Source of the DNA: Candidatus Pelearchaeum sp.
GTDB taxonomy: Archaea > Thermoproteota > Nitrososphaeria_A > Caldarchaeales > Caldarchaeaceae
Length of the DNA stretch: 24,000 nucleotides
Reading direction: 5' to 3'
Assembly: GCA_015520425.1 (NCBI GenBank)
Contig: WAQC01000142.1
Span: forward strand, 1-24,000
Both the position numbers and the translations under genes were made by a program. The notes under the pieces were generated by a model. It did not search any database. It was not told where the DNA came from and saw nothing but the letters and a program-made list of their open reading frames with translations. This document shows, piece by piece, positions 7,727-15,894 of this stretch (its first letter is position 1; each line of letters begins with the position of its first letter).

Positions 7727-8653
7727 TTGAGTAATGAGATAGTCGTGGTCGGGAGCTATAACACTGGCTTCCTAATCCACGTTGATAGACTCCCAACACG
7801 GGGCGAGACGCTGCCTGGTAGGGGGTTTAGGATGGAGCATGGAGGCAAGGGCTCTAACCAGGCTATACAGGCTGCGCGTCTCGGGTGTAGGACAGCCATG
7901 ATAGCCGCGGTAGGTGATGACATATTCGGAGAACGCGCTATCAAGAAGTGGCGCAACGAAGGAGTGGAGACAGCCTACGTCAAACGCTGCAAAACACCAA
8001 CAGGGGCTGGGCTAATAATCGTAGGCCCAGGAGGGGAAAACATGATAGCCGTAGACCTAGGAGCAAACCTTGAGCTAACACCAAGCGATGTTGATGAGGC
8101 TTTGCAGCGATTGAGCGGTGTAAAAATTGTGCTTACGCAGTTGGAGATACCTTTGGAAACGGCCCTACACGCTCTAGCTCTAGCACAGCGTAATGGGGCC
8201 ATGACTATACTTAACCCAGCCCCCGCAGCCCGTATAACGCCAGCCATGCTAAGGGGCGTCAGCATAATAACGCCTAATGAGGTTGAGGCCAAGATAATGG
8301 CTGGCCTAGGCCCAGATGAGCAGGTAGACTTGGCCGAGCTTGCTAGGACGTATTGCGATGCGGTGGAGCATGTGGTCATAACGCTTGGGGAGCGTGGAGC
8401 GCTCATAGTGGATAGTAAGGGTGAGCGGATAGTTAAGCCGCCGCGGGTAGATGCGGTGGACGCCACAGGGGCTGGCGACGCATTTAACGGAGCGCTGGCA
8501 GCGGCACTAGCGCGGGGCATGGATATTGATACTGCCGTTGAATACGCCTGCGCAGCAGGGGCTTTCCTAGCAGCGCGAATTAAGCGCGGCGAGCTTGTAG
8601 AAGCCCTAGCCACACGCGAGGAGCTAGAAAGATTCAAAAAACAACAACAATAG
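7727..8653 (+). CDS. rbsK: Ribokinase (PfkB family)
   Basis: NEIVVVGSYNTGFLIHVDRLPTRGETLPGRGFRMEHGGKGSNQAIQAARLG...DAVDATGAGDAFNGALAAALARG. Upstream AGGAGG at 7711-7716 favours the TTG at 7727 over the one at 7718. Confidence 0.88.
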   Translation: MSNEIVVVGSYNTGFLIHVDRLPTRGETLPGRGFRMEHGGKGSNQAIQAARLGCRTAMIAAVGDDIFGERAIKKWRNEGVETAYVKRCKTPTGAGLIIVGPGGENMIAVDLGANLELTPSDVDEALQRLSGVKIVLTQLEIPLETALHALALAQRNGAMTILNPAPAARITPAMLRGVSIITPNEVEAKIMAGLGPDEQVDLAELARTYCDAVEHVVITLGERGALIVDSKGERIVKPPRVDAVDATGAGDAFNGALAAALARGMDIDTAVEYACAAGAFLAARIKRGELVEALATREELERFKKQQQ

Positions 8654-8662
8654 CTACCTGCT

Positions 8663-9496
8663 ATGTCGGCGAGAGAGCCGCGTAGCGGCGAGGAGTTTTA
8701 TCATGTGAGAGTCAGGCCTGGAGAGGTTGCGGAATACGTCCTAATACCAGGAGACCCTGAGAGAGTGCCTAAGATAGCCAAGTTCTGGGATGAGGCGCGC
8801 GAGGTCTCGTTTCATAGGGAGTTTAAGCTCTGGAATGGCCGTGTAGGCAGGGCTTCCATATCTGCGTGCTCAACAGGCATAGGCGCGCCATCAACAGCCA
8901 TAGCTATAGAAGAACTAGCCCGCGCAGGTGCGAATACCTTCATAAGGGTTGGAAGCTCAGGCGCAATACAACCAGGAATAAAGATAGGCGAGCTGATAAT
9001 ATCCAAGGCCGCTGTAAGGCTTGAGGGAACCAGCAGACAGTATGTTGTTGAGGGCTATCCAGCGTATGCAGACCTTGAAGTAACCCTAGCCCTAGTGGAA
9101 GCCGCCGAGACGCTGGGGCTACGCTACCACCTGGGAATAACCGCATCCACAGACAGCTTCTACACAGGCCAGGGCAGGCCAGGCTTCAAAAACTATTCCT
9201 GGAGCTACTCAGAGACGCTCCTAAAAGATATGCAGGCCATGGGTGTCGCGAATTTTGAGATGGAGGCATCGGCAATATTCACACTCGCCTCAATTTACGG
9301 ACTTAGGGCTGGCGCGGTATGTACGGTCTTCGCCAATAGGGTTGAAGATACCTTCGGCGTCGCTGGTGAGGAGGACGCTGCCCGCGTCGCTGTGGAGGCT
9401 GTAAAAATACTCCATGAATGGGATGAACTCAAGAAGAGCGCTGGGAAACGCTACATCTACCCATCACTACTAAAGCGGTGGATGCAAACCAAGTGA
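8663..9496 (+). CDS. udp: Uridine phosphorylase-like nucleoside phosphorylase
   Basis: VAEYVLIPGDPERVPKIAKFWDEAREVSFHREFKLWNG...STGIGAPSTAIAIEELARAGANTFIRVGSSGAI...TDSFYTGQGRP...NFEMEASAIFTLASIYGLRAGAVCTVFANR. Confidence 0.9.
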   Translation: MSAREPRSGEEFYHVRVRPGEVAEYVLIPGDPERVPKIAKFWDEAREVSFHREFKLWNGRVGRASISACSTGIGAPSTAIAIEELARAGANTFIRVGSSGAIQPGIKIGELIISKAAVRLEGTSRQYVVEGYPAYADLEVTLALVEAAETLGLRYHLGITASTDSFYTGQGRPGFKNYSWSYSETLLKDMQAMGVANFEMEASAIFTLASIYGLRAGAVCTVFANRVEDTFGVAGEEDAARVAVEAVKILHEWDELKKSAGKRYIYPSLLKRWMQTK

Positions 9497-9500
9497 TAGA

Positions 9501-10304
9501 CTACCTAATCTTCCTAACGAGGCGCATAACCTCCCTAACACGCCTGACATCAACAGGATTCGCCAATACCCCACCCATCTTAAAGTATGTTCCGACTATA
9601 GCGCCGTCGGCCACAGATAAGAGTCTCTCAACGTTATCTGGAGTTATCCCACTTCCAACCAACACTGGCCGCGAGGCAGCCGACTTAACCTGCTGAAGCC
9701 TCTCAAGCGGTGTCTCAGCTCCAGTGCGCTCGCCAGATACTATGATAGCGTCAGCCCCCAGCTCCTCAAGCCGCGAAACCTGGGTAGCGAGAGGAATGTC
9801 TGAGGTAATAAAATGACTCCCATGCTTAACCAAAACGTCAGCAAACACACTTACGGGCGTGTCTATCCCTCTTAGACGCTCCGCGCGAGGAGCGGCCGCT
9901 TCCACAAATCCTTCATCAGCGATATACGCATAGGCCCACATATTCGCACGCACCCAACTAGCACCGCATGCCTTCGCTGCGGCTATTGATTCCTCCACAC
10001 CATTGGCTAATATGAACACACCAGTGGGCAAGCCTGTTGTGCGCCTTACCTCGCGGGCAACAGCCGCGACTAGAGCTATGGCCTCGTGGCCAATCTCGCC
10101 AGGCTTAAGGAAAGGGCTATCGCCCATATTCTCAACCTGAACACCATCCACACCACCTTCCTTCAGCGCTTCAGCATCTCTTAGAGCGGTCTCAAACAAA
10201 TCATAAGCCCCTTCCTCAAATCTTGGAGAGCCAGGTAATGGCTTTAAATGAACCATACCAATAATAGGCTTGACAACGCCGAATATCTCTTCAAGAACAT
10301 TCAT
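9501..10304 (-). CDS. BtpA/SgcQ-family TIM-barrel protein (paralog 2)
   Basis: KPIIGMVHLKPLPGSPRFEEG...DAEALKEGGVDGVQVENMGDSPFLKPGEIGHEAIALVAAVAREVRRTTGLPTGVFILANG...KHGSHFITSD...IIVSGERTGAETP...PVLVGSGITPDNV...ADGAIVGTYF. Co-linear with paralog 1. Confidence 0.88.
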   Translation of the reverse strand: MNVLEEIFGVVKPIIGMVHLKPLPGSPRFEEGAYDLFETALRDAEALKEGGVDGVQVENMGDSPFLKPGEIGHEAIALVAAVAREVRRTTGLPTGVFILANGVEESIAAAKACGASWVRANMWAYAYIADEGFVEAAAPRAERLRGIDTPVSVFADVLVKHGSHFITSDIPLATQVSRLEELGADAIIVSGERTGAETPLERLQQVKSAASRPVLVGSGITPDNVERLLSVADGAIVGTYFKMGGVLANPVDVRRVREVMRLVRKIR

Positions 10305-10375
10305 CTACCGTGTTGTACTGGCTTGTAGGCATGTATATAGCTTTAATATACGCTCAGCCTATACAACGCTGGGAA

Positions 10376-11911
10376 ATGAGTAGCCCAACCACGCGTGGCG
10401 AGGTTCTCGTTGAGGCGCGGAGAGTTGTTAAAGCTTTCCCAGGAGTATGGGAGCATTTGATACTTGACCATATTGACTTTGATGTCAGGGCTGGCGAGGT
10501 TCATGCCCTGCTCGGCGAGAACGGCGCTGGGAAGACCGTGCTAGCAAACATACTCTCAGGCTTCTACACACTATCAGAAGGTGAGATAAGAGTCAGGGGA
10601 AGGCCAGTCAAAATAAAATCACCGCTTGACGCCATAAGATATGGTATTGGAATGGTTCATCAAGAATTCACGCTCGTCCCATCTCTTACGGTAGCGGAAA
10701 ACATAGCCCTATCAATAAGGAGGCGTAACATCTTTTCATATCCAGTAAGAGAGGTAGCAACAAAAGTACGCGAGCTGTCCAAGAGGTATGGATTACGCGT
10801 AGACCCTGACATGCTCATAAGCCACATGTCTCTGGGCGAGCAGCAGCGTGTTGAGATACTGAAGGTGCTTTTCTGGGAGCCTAATGTTCTCATACTTGAT
10901 GAGCCTACGTCAGTCTTAACGCTTGAGGAGGCTAATGAGCTGTTTAAGATTCTACGCCGTATGGCGGATGAGGGTAAGGGGGTAGTCTTCATAACGCATC
11001 GCATAGAGGAGATAATGCGCGTGGCCGATAGGGTTACTGTGCTCAGGCTGGGTAAGAAGGTTGGAACGTTAAACGTTGCTGAAGCGTCGCGCGAGCAGCT
11101 TCTGCGCATGATGATAGGCGAGTTTGAGCCGTTTAGAGCTGAGAGAAAACCGCCAAGAATAGGTGAGCCTGTCCTAGAGATTAGAGATTTGCACGTCTGT
11201 GGTGATGATGGTCGGGAAGCTGTCCGCGGCGTTAGCTTCACCACACATGCTGGAGAGATATTCGGTATTGCTGGAGTTGCTGGTAATGGCCAGCGCGAGC
11301 TTGTGGAAGCGATAACTGGCCTGCGTAAAGCTGTGCGCGGCAGAATAATCATCCTAGGACAAGACGCTACCAATAAATCGCCACGCGAGGTCGCGGAGAT
11401 GGGCGTAAGACACATACCAGAAGAACGCCGCCGCGTGGGTGTGGCAGAAGCCATGTGCGTAGCTGAGAATATGATGCTCCGCGACTATAATATCGCTCCA
11501 TTCTCTAAGAAAGGAGTGCTGGACTTGAGACTGATAGGAGAGCATTCCAAGGCTCTTATTGAGAGGTTCAAGATACTCGCTCCTGACATCTGGAATACTG
11601 AAGTAAGGATACTCTCAGGAGGAAATATACAGCGCCTAATATTGGCGCGGGAGCTATGGCGCGCACCCAAGCTTGTAATCGCCTTCCACCCCACGTATGG
11701 CCTTGACCTAAAAGCTGTAAGCCATACCCACGACCTATTTATGCAACTCCGCGATAAAGGCTCATCAATACTCCTAGTCTCTGAAGACCTAGAGGAGATA
11801 CTAACACTAAGCGACCGCATAGGTGTGATGTATGATGGTCGTCTGGTGGGTGTGGTGGAGTCGGAGAAGGCTACTACAGAGGTTATCGGTAAGATGATGA
11901 CTGGTATGTAG
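10376..11911 (+). CDS. ABC transporter ATP-binding protein of the ribose/nucleoside type (two fused ATPase domains)
   Basis: First domain GENGAGKT, MSLGEQQRVEILKVLF, VLILDEPTSVLT. Second, more divergent domain GVAGNGQRELVEAITG, LSGGNIQRLILAREL, VIAFHPTYGLD. ATG at 10376 preferred over the TTG at 10310; TATA-like 'ctttaatata' at ~10341-10350. Confidence 0.92.
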   Translation: MSSPTTRGEVLVEARRVVKAFPGVWEHLILDHIDFDVRAGEVHALLGENGAGKTVLANILSGFYTLSEGEIRVRGRPVKIKSPLDAIRYGIGMVHQEFTLVPSLTVAENIALSIRRRNIFSYPVREVATKVRELSKRYGLRVDPDMLISHMSLGEQQRVEILKVLFWEPNVLILDEPTSVLTLEEANELFKILRRMADEGKGVVFITHRIEEIMRVADRVTVLRLGKKVGTLNVAEASREQLLRMMIGEFEPFRAERKPPRIGEPVLEIRDLHVCGDDGREAVRGVSFTTHAGEIFGIAGVAGNGQRELVEAITGLRKAVRGRIIILGQDATNKSPREVAEMGVRHIPEERRRVGVAEAMCVAENMMLRDYNIAPFSKKGVLDLRLIGEHSKALIERFKILAPDIWNTEVRILSGGNIQRLILARELWRAPKLVIAFHPTYGLDLKAVSHTHDLFMQLRDKGSSILLVSEDLEEILTLSDRIGVMYDGRLVGVVESEKATTEVIGKMMTGM

Positions 11912-11935
11912 GCTGTTTCATGAAAATTTCTACAA

Positions 11936-11948
11936 AGATTTATATAAC
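11936..11948 (+). promoter_or_regulatory. Putative BRE/TATA promoter of the BMP-family substrate-binding protein gene (leaderless)
   Basis: 'aaagatttatataac' is centred about 28-30 nt upstream of the ATG at 11972. This suggests a separate promoter inside the transporter operon. Confidence 0.55.
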
Positions 11949-11971
11949 TTGGCTTAAGTGGCCAGCGCGCT

Positions 11972-13495
11972 ATGAACAGGAAGAGCGCATTAACCAGGCT
12001 AGAAGCAATTCTAGCTGTGCTTTTCGTCGTTGCGCTAATAGCGGCAGGTGTGGGCTGGACTATGCCAAGAGCGGCAGAGACGCTAACCGAGACAATCACA
12101 AAAACAGTAGGCGGAGAGACGGTAACCGTAACAGTTGGCGCTGGTGAGACTGTAACAAAGACAGAGACCATAGTCAAGACAAGCACGGTAACCGTTGAGA
12201 AGCCTGCTATGGGTGTTGTTAAGATAGCTGTGGTCTCCGACATAGGAGGCAGGGGAGACCTATCATTCAACGACATGGCCTTCAAGGGCGGCGACGAAGC
12301 CGTAAGGGACTTTGGTGTTGAGATGATTGAGCTAATCAGTAAAACCGAAGCAGACTACGTACCAAACCTAGAGACCGCAGCCCGCGATCCCGATGTTAAG
12401 CTCATAGTTGGTGTCGGATTCTTATTAAGCGAAGCTCTAGTAGAGGTTGCGCGTAAGTACCCTGATAAGAACTTCGCTGGAATTGACACGTTTAGCCAGG
12501 CTATCGTGAAGGATAAGTATCCTGACGAGTATCCACTACCCAACCTACTGGACATAAAATACGAGGAGCATAAGGGAAGTGCTCTAGTCGGAGCGCTTGG
12601 CTGCCTCCTCGCGGCATACTATAATGAGCAGGGGGCAAACTACAAGTATATAGGCGGTGTATTCGGGATAGAGATACCTGTTCTATGGAAGTTTGAAATC
12701 GGCTACAAGTGGGGATGCGACTGGGCTCTCAAGTGGTATGAGGACAGGTTTGGTAAGCGCGCCCCCATCATAGGCGAGGATAGTATCTACGGCTCAGGAG
12801 AGGGCTGGCAAGATGGGCTATACTGCCCCGAAGCAGGGCAGTGCTGGTATAAGGGCAGGGTCCTATGGACCTACACGGGGACATTCAGCGACATAACAAA
12901 AGGCTACGAGGCTGCCAAGCCTATGTTTGAGCAGGGGGCAGTGGCTGTCTATAACATCGCTGGGCCTCTTGGGCTTGGGATAAACCAAGCGGTTCAGGAG
13001 CTGGCAGAGGAGCGGGGGCTTGAGATGGGCCCACCGTTCTGGATAGGCGTTGACGCCAACCAAGACTGGATAAACCCAGGATTCATCATAGCCAGCATGA
13101 TGAAGCGCGTTGATAGGGGCGTGTATTATGCCACCATGCTTACGCTGATAGGCAAGTTCCGCGACGTAGTGAGGGAGAATGAAGGCGTCCTAACGCTGGG
13201 TATAGGAACTAAGATAGGCGGCCTAACGATGGAGGGAATATCGGTAAGCACACTCGCGGACCTAGACGAGTTCATAGAGATGGGAGTAAGGGCCGAGGAG
13301 CTGACGGGCAAGAAAGTACTACCTATGCCGCCTGAGGAGATAAAGGCGAAGGTCAAGCAGATGCGCGACTCCATAGCGCCGTGGATTTGGGAGGCCGTGG
13401 CTGAGCTGGAGTCAAAGATACGAAACGGCCAGGTTGAAGTACCGCTAGTCGTGACAGAGGACGCTATAGCTAAGTGGAGAGAGCTTCTCGGCTAA
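11972..13495 (+). CDS. BMP-family (nucleoside-type) ABC transporter substrate-binding protein with N-terminal anchor
   Basis: N-terminal TM segment (AILAVLFVVALIAAGVGW), Thr/Val-rich linker (TETITKTVGGETVTVTVGAGETVTKTETIVKTSTVTVEK), then VVKIAVVSDIGGRGDLSFNDMAFKGGDEAVRDFGVE, the BMP/Med-like fold start. Confidence 0.88.
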   Translation: MNRKSALTRLEAILAVLFVVALIAAGVGWTMPRAAETLTETITKTVGGETVTVTVGAGETVTKTETIVKTSTVTVEKPAMGVVKIAVVSDIGGRGDLSFNDMAFKGGDEAVRDFGVEMIELISKTEADYVPNLETAARDPDVKLIVGVGFLLSEALVEVARKYPDKNFAGIDTFSQAIVKDKYPDEYPLPNLLDIKYEEHKGSALVGALGCLLAAYYNEQGANYKYIGGVFGIEIPVLWKFEIGYKWGCDWALKWYEDRFGKRAPIIGEDSIYGSGEGWQDGLYCPEAGQCWYKGRVLWTYTGTFSDITKGYEAAKPMFEQGAVAVYNIAGPLGLGINQAVQELAEERGLEMGPPFWIGVDANQDWINPGFIIASMMKRVDRGVYYATMLTLIGKFRDVVRENEGVLTLGIGTKIGGLTMEGISVSTLADLDEFIEMGVRAEELTGKKVLPMPPEEIKAKVKQMRDSIAPWIWEAVAELESKIRNGQVEVPLVVTEDAIAKWRELLG

Positions 13496-13560
13496 AATAC
13501 CCAAACGCACATATTTTTATTTTCTACCTAGTTATGCCCCAGCGTGGATGAGCGTGTGAT

Positions 13561-14649
13561 ATGGATTCATCCAGAAAGCTTGGTAGGCTTGGCATCTCGT
13601 CTTCTGTTATCAGGAAGTTTGGAAAGGCTATAGCTGAGTCCCTCTTCGCCGTGCTGATAGGGCTTCTGGGCGGCGCTCTCCTAATGTTAGCATACGGGTA
13701 TGATGCTCTCAGAGCCTATCGCGCCCTGTTCCTCGGCTCCTTCGGCGACCTAAACGGATTCCTAGAGACACTCGCATTTGCGACGCCTCTCATACTGACT
13801 GCCCTCACATTCGGAATAGGCGTCAGGGCTGGCCTATTCAACATAGGCGCGGAGGGGCAGATGTACCTAGGAGCAATCGGCGCAGTAATGATAGGCGGAG
13901 CCCTAAGCCTCCCCCCTGGAATACACCTAGCGGCCGCAACACTCTTCGCCATGCTTCTAGGAGCTCTCTGGAGCATCCCAGTAGCTCTCCTGAAAATATT
14001 CCGCGGGGTCCATGAGGTAGTATCCACCATAATGCTCAACTGGGTATCATTCTGGCTGGCGATGTACTTAATCACATACCACCTAGCGGAGCCTGGCCGC
14101 GCTGAGCGCGCAATACCAGCACAGGAGACGGCTAGGTATATGGTGATAGGCGCCTCCCTAACAACGGTCTTCATAGTAGCCATAGGATTCGCGTTATTGA
14201 CGTACTTCATACTTTGGAGAACAACCATTGGCTATGAGCTGCGCTTAGTGGGCTATAATCCAGATACAGCGCGCTATGCTGGGATTAGCATAATGAAAGC
14301 TACTGTGATAAGCTTCTTCATAGGAGGGTTGGCCGCGGGGCTTGCAGGAGCTACGCAGGTTCTCGGAAGACCCCCTTCATGGACGGTCTACGCAACTATG
14401 GGAAACCTCGTAAACCTAGGGTTTGAGGGGATAGGGGTCTCGCTAATAGGCAGGAACCATCCAATAGGAATAATCTTGGCAGCAATATTCTATGGCGGGT
14501 TCCTACACGGTGGGCGATTCATGGAGTTTGAGGTAGGTGTTGCGTCGGAGCTCGTGAGAGCCATAAACGGAATAATAATTATAGCCCTTGCAATGCCTGA
14601 GCTTCTTAACATTTTAAAGCGAGTTAGGCGTAGGAGGCGGCCTACATGA
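13561..14649 (+). CDS. Nucleoside-type ABC transporter permease 1 (YufP-like)
   Basis: Multi-TM protein with LALTFGIGVRAGLFNIGAEGQMYLGAIGAVMIGG and GFEGIGVSLIGRNHPIGIILAAIFYGGFLHG, characteristic of BMP-linked permeases. Confidence 0.9.
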   Translation: MDSSRKLGRLGISSSVIRKFGKAIAESLFAVLIGLLGGALLMLAYGYDALRAYRALFLGSFGDLNGFLETLAFATPLILTALTFGIGVRAGLFNIGAEGQMYLGAIGAVMIGGALSLPPGIHLAAATLFAMLLGALWSIPVALLKIFRGVHEVVSTIMLNWVSFWLAMYLITYHLAEPGRAERAIPAQETARYMVIGASLTTVFIVAIGFALLTYFILWRTTIGYELRLVGYNPDTARYAGISIMKATVISFFIGGLAAGLAGATQVLGRPPSWTVYATMGNLVNLGFEGIGVSLIGRNHPIGIILAAIFYGGFLHGGRFMEFEVGVASELVRAINGIIIIALAMPELLNILKRVRRRRRPT

Positions 14650-15647
14650 AGCTCGGCGCATTGGCACATAGGCTCATCTGGACTGCTGTGGGCCTAGGGC
14701 TCCTAGCGCTGGTAAGCTATGAGCTATCGCAAGCTGGGATTAGGCCCATCAAGCTACTGGAGACAGCCCTACTGCCCATGACGCCCCTAGTCCTAGCGGC
14801 GGTAGGTGAATGCGTCAACGAGAGGGCAGGAGTAATCAACATAGGTATAGAGGGAATATTCCTTATAACAGCGGTACTAGGCGTGTTCTGGGCTGAGGTT
14901 CTCGGCTCAGGACTATTGGGAATATTGATGGGCGGTTTATTCGGAGCCATAATAGGCGGCATCCTAGGCGTGATTAGCACGTACGGCCGCGCAGATCAGA
15001 TAATCGCTGGCATGGGACTAAATGTGATGAGCCTCGGCCTAGTCCAATACCTGCTGATGGCCATATGGGCCTTCCCAGGCATTCACGTATTCCCCCGCGA
15101 GCTGGTGCTACCCCGAATAGCTCTACCAACGCCAATAGGGGTTCTCAGAATAAGCCCCATGACAATCGCTGCAATAATAATAACACTCCTCACCGCACTA
15201 CTCCTCTATAAAACACTTCTCGGCCTCCGCATACGGGCCGCGGGAGACAAACCAGAAGCCGTTGACGTTGCTGGAATCAACGTGAACCGGGTACGCATCT
15301 TCGCCAGCGTATTTGCAGGCTTCCTAGCAGGCCTCGGAGGAGCCTTCATGCCCTTAGCATGGTTTGGCGGGCTTGTTAAAGAAGTATCAGCAGGCAGGGG
15401 ATTCATAGCGCTAGCAGCAGTAGTCTTCGCAGGGCTGAACCCAATACTAGCCCTAGCAGCATCATTCATCTTCGGCTTCGCTGAAGGTCTTGCATTCGCG
15501 ATAGCAGTAACACCAGGCGTAAAAGAAGTCATACCATTCCACTTCGTACAAATGACACCATACCTAGTTACCGTAATAATCCTAGCAATATTCGTAACCT
15601 CACGTAGATTCCCACGAGCACTCGGCAAACCATACATCAGAGAATAA
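14646..15647 (+). CDS. Nucleoside-type ABC transporter permease 2 (YufQ-like)
   Basis: LAAVGECVNERAGVINIGIEGIFLITAVLG, ADQIIAGMGLNVMSLGLVQYL, GRGFIALAAVVFAGLNPILAL. 4-nt overlap with permease 1. Confidence 0.9.
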   Translation: MKLGALAHRLIWTAVGLGLLALVSYELSQAGIRPIKLLETALLPMTPLVLAAVGECVNERAGVINIGIEGIFLITAVLGVFWAEVLGSGLLGILMGGLFGAIIGGILGVISTYGRADQIIAGMGLNVMSLGLVQYLLMAIWAFPGIHVFPRELVLPRIALPTPIGVLRISPMTIAAIIITLLTALLLYKTLLGLRIRAAGDKPEAVDVAGINVNRVRIFASVFAGFLAGLGGAFMPLAWFGGLVKEVSAGRGFIALAAVVFAGLNPILALAASFIFGFAEGLAFAIAVTPGVKEVIPFHFVQMTPYLVTVIILAIFVTSRRFPRALGKPYIRE

Positions 15648-15669
15648 CCACGTTCATCTTGGGAGAAGT

Positions 15670-15790
15670 GCTCGCCGGCACGCGGTCTTCGCGAGGGGTC
15701 TCCCACCTCACTAAAAACCGCGCGGGCAGGGGCTTAGCTTCCAGGTTCGGATGGGTCTGGGCGTTTCCCCCCGCCCTATGACCGGCGAGC
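15670..15790 (-). rRNA. 5S ribosomal RNA (stand-alone)
   Basis: Reverse complement: GCTCGCCGGTCATAGGGCGGGGGGAAACGCCCAGACCCATCCGAACCTGGAAGCTAAGCCCCTGCCCGCGCGGTTTTTAGTGAGGTGGGAGACCCCTCGCGAAGACCGCGTGCCGGCGAGC. It has the hallmark CCCATCCGAACC..GGAAGCTAAGCC and TGGGAGAC, and the termini pair (GCTCGCCGG/CCGGCGAGC, 9 bp). Confidence 0.93.
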
Positions 15791-15810
15791 ATAATGCTCT
15801 TGTCTTCGCG

Positions 15811-15820
15811 TAAATTTATA
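15811..15820 (-). promoter_or_regulatory. TATA box of the 5S rRNA gene
   Basis: Minus-strand 'TATAAATTTA' is centred ~26 nt upstream of the 5S 5' end at 15790, the canonical archaeal spacing. Confidence 0.7.
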
Positions 15821-15894
15821 CTGTTTGCCACGCTCTCCTAATATACGCTGCGTAAGGTTTTTCCCTGACTTGGAGGACTTGAATAAGGGGCGAG

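Noticed and set aside
7975-8637. 220-aa minus-strand ORF opposite ribokinase
   Set aside because: Mirror of a high-GC coding frame; no recognisable motif, while the plus strand encodes an unambiguous PfkB kinase.
11600-11700. Second ATPase domain of the sugar/nucleoside ABC protein appearing degenerate (HPTYGLD instead of DEPTxGLD)
   Set aside because: Divergence in the second domain is normal for RbsA/YufO-type fused ATPases, so it is not evidence of a pseudogene.
10660-12285. Long antisense ORFs (10660-11454, 11485-12285) opposite the transporter ATPase and binding protein
   Set aside because: Shadow ORFs; plus-strand frames carry Walker/signature motifs and the BMP fold.
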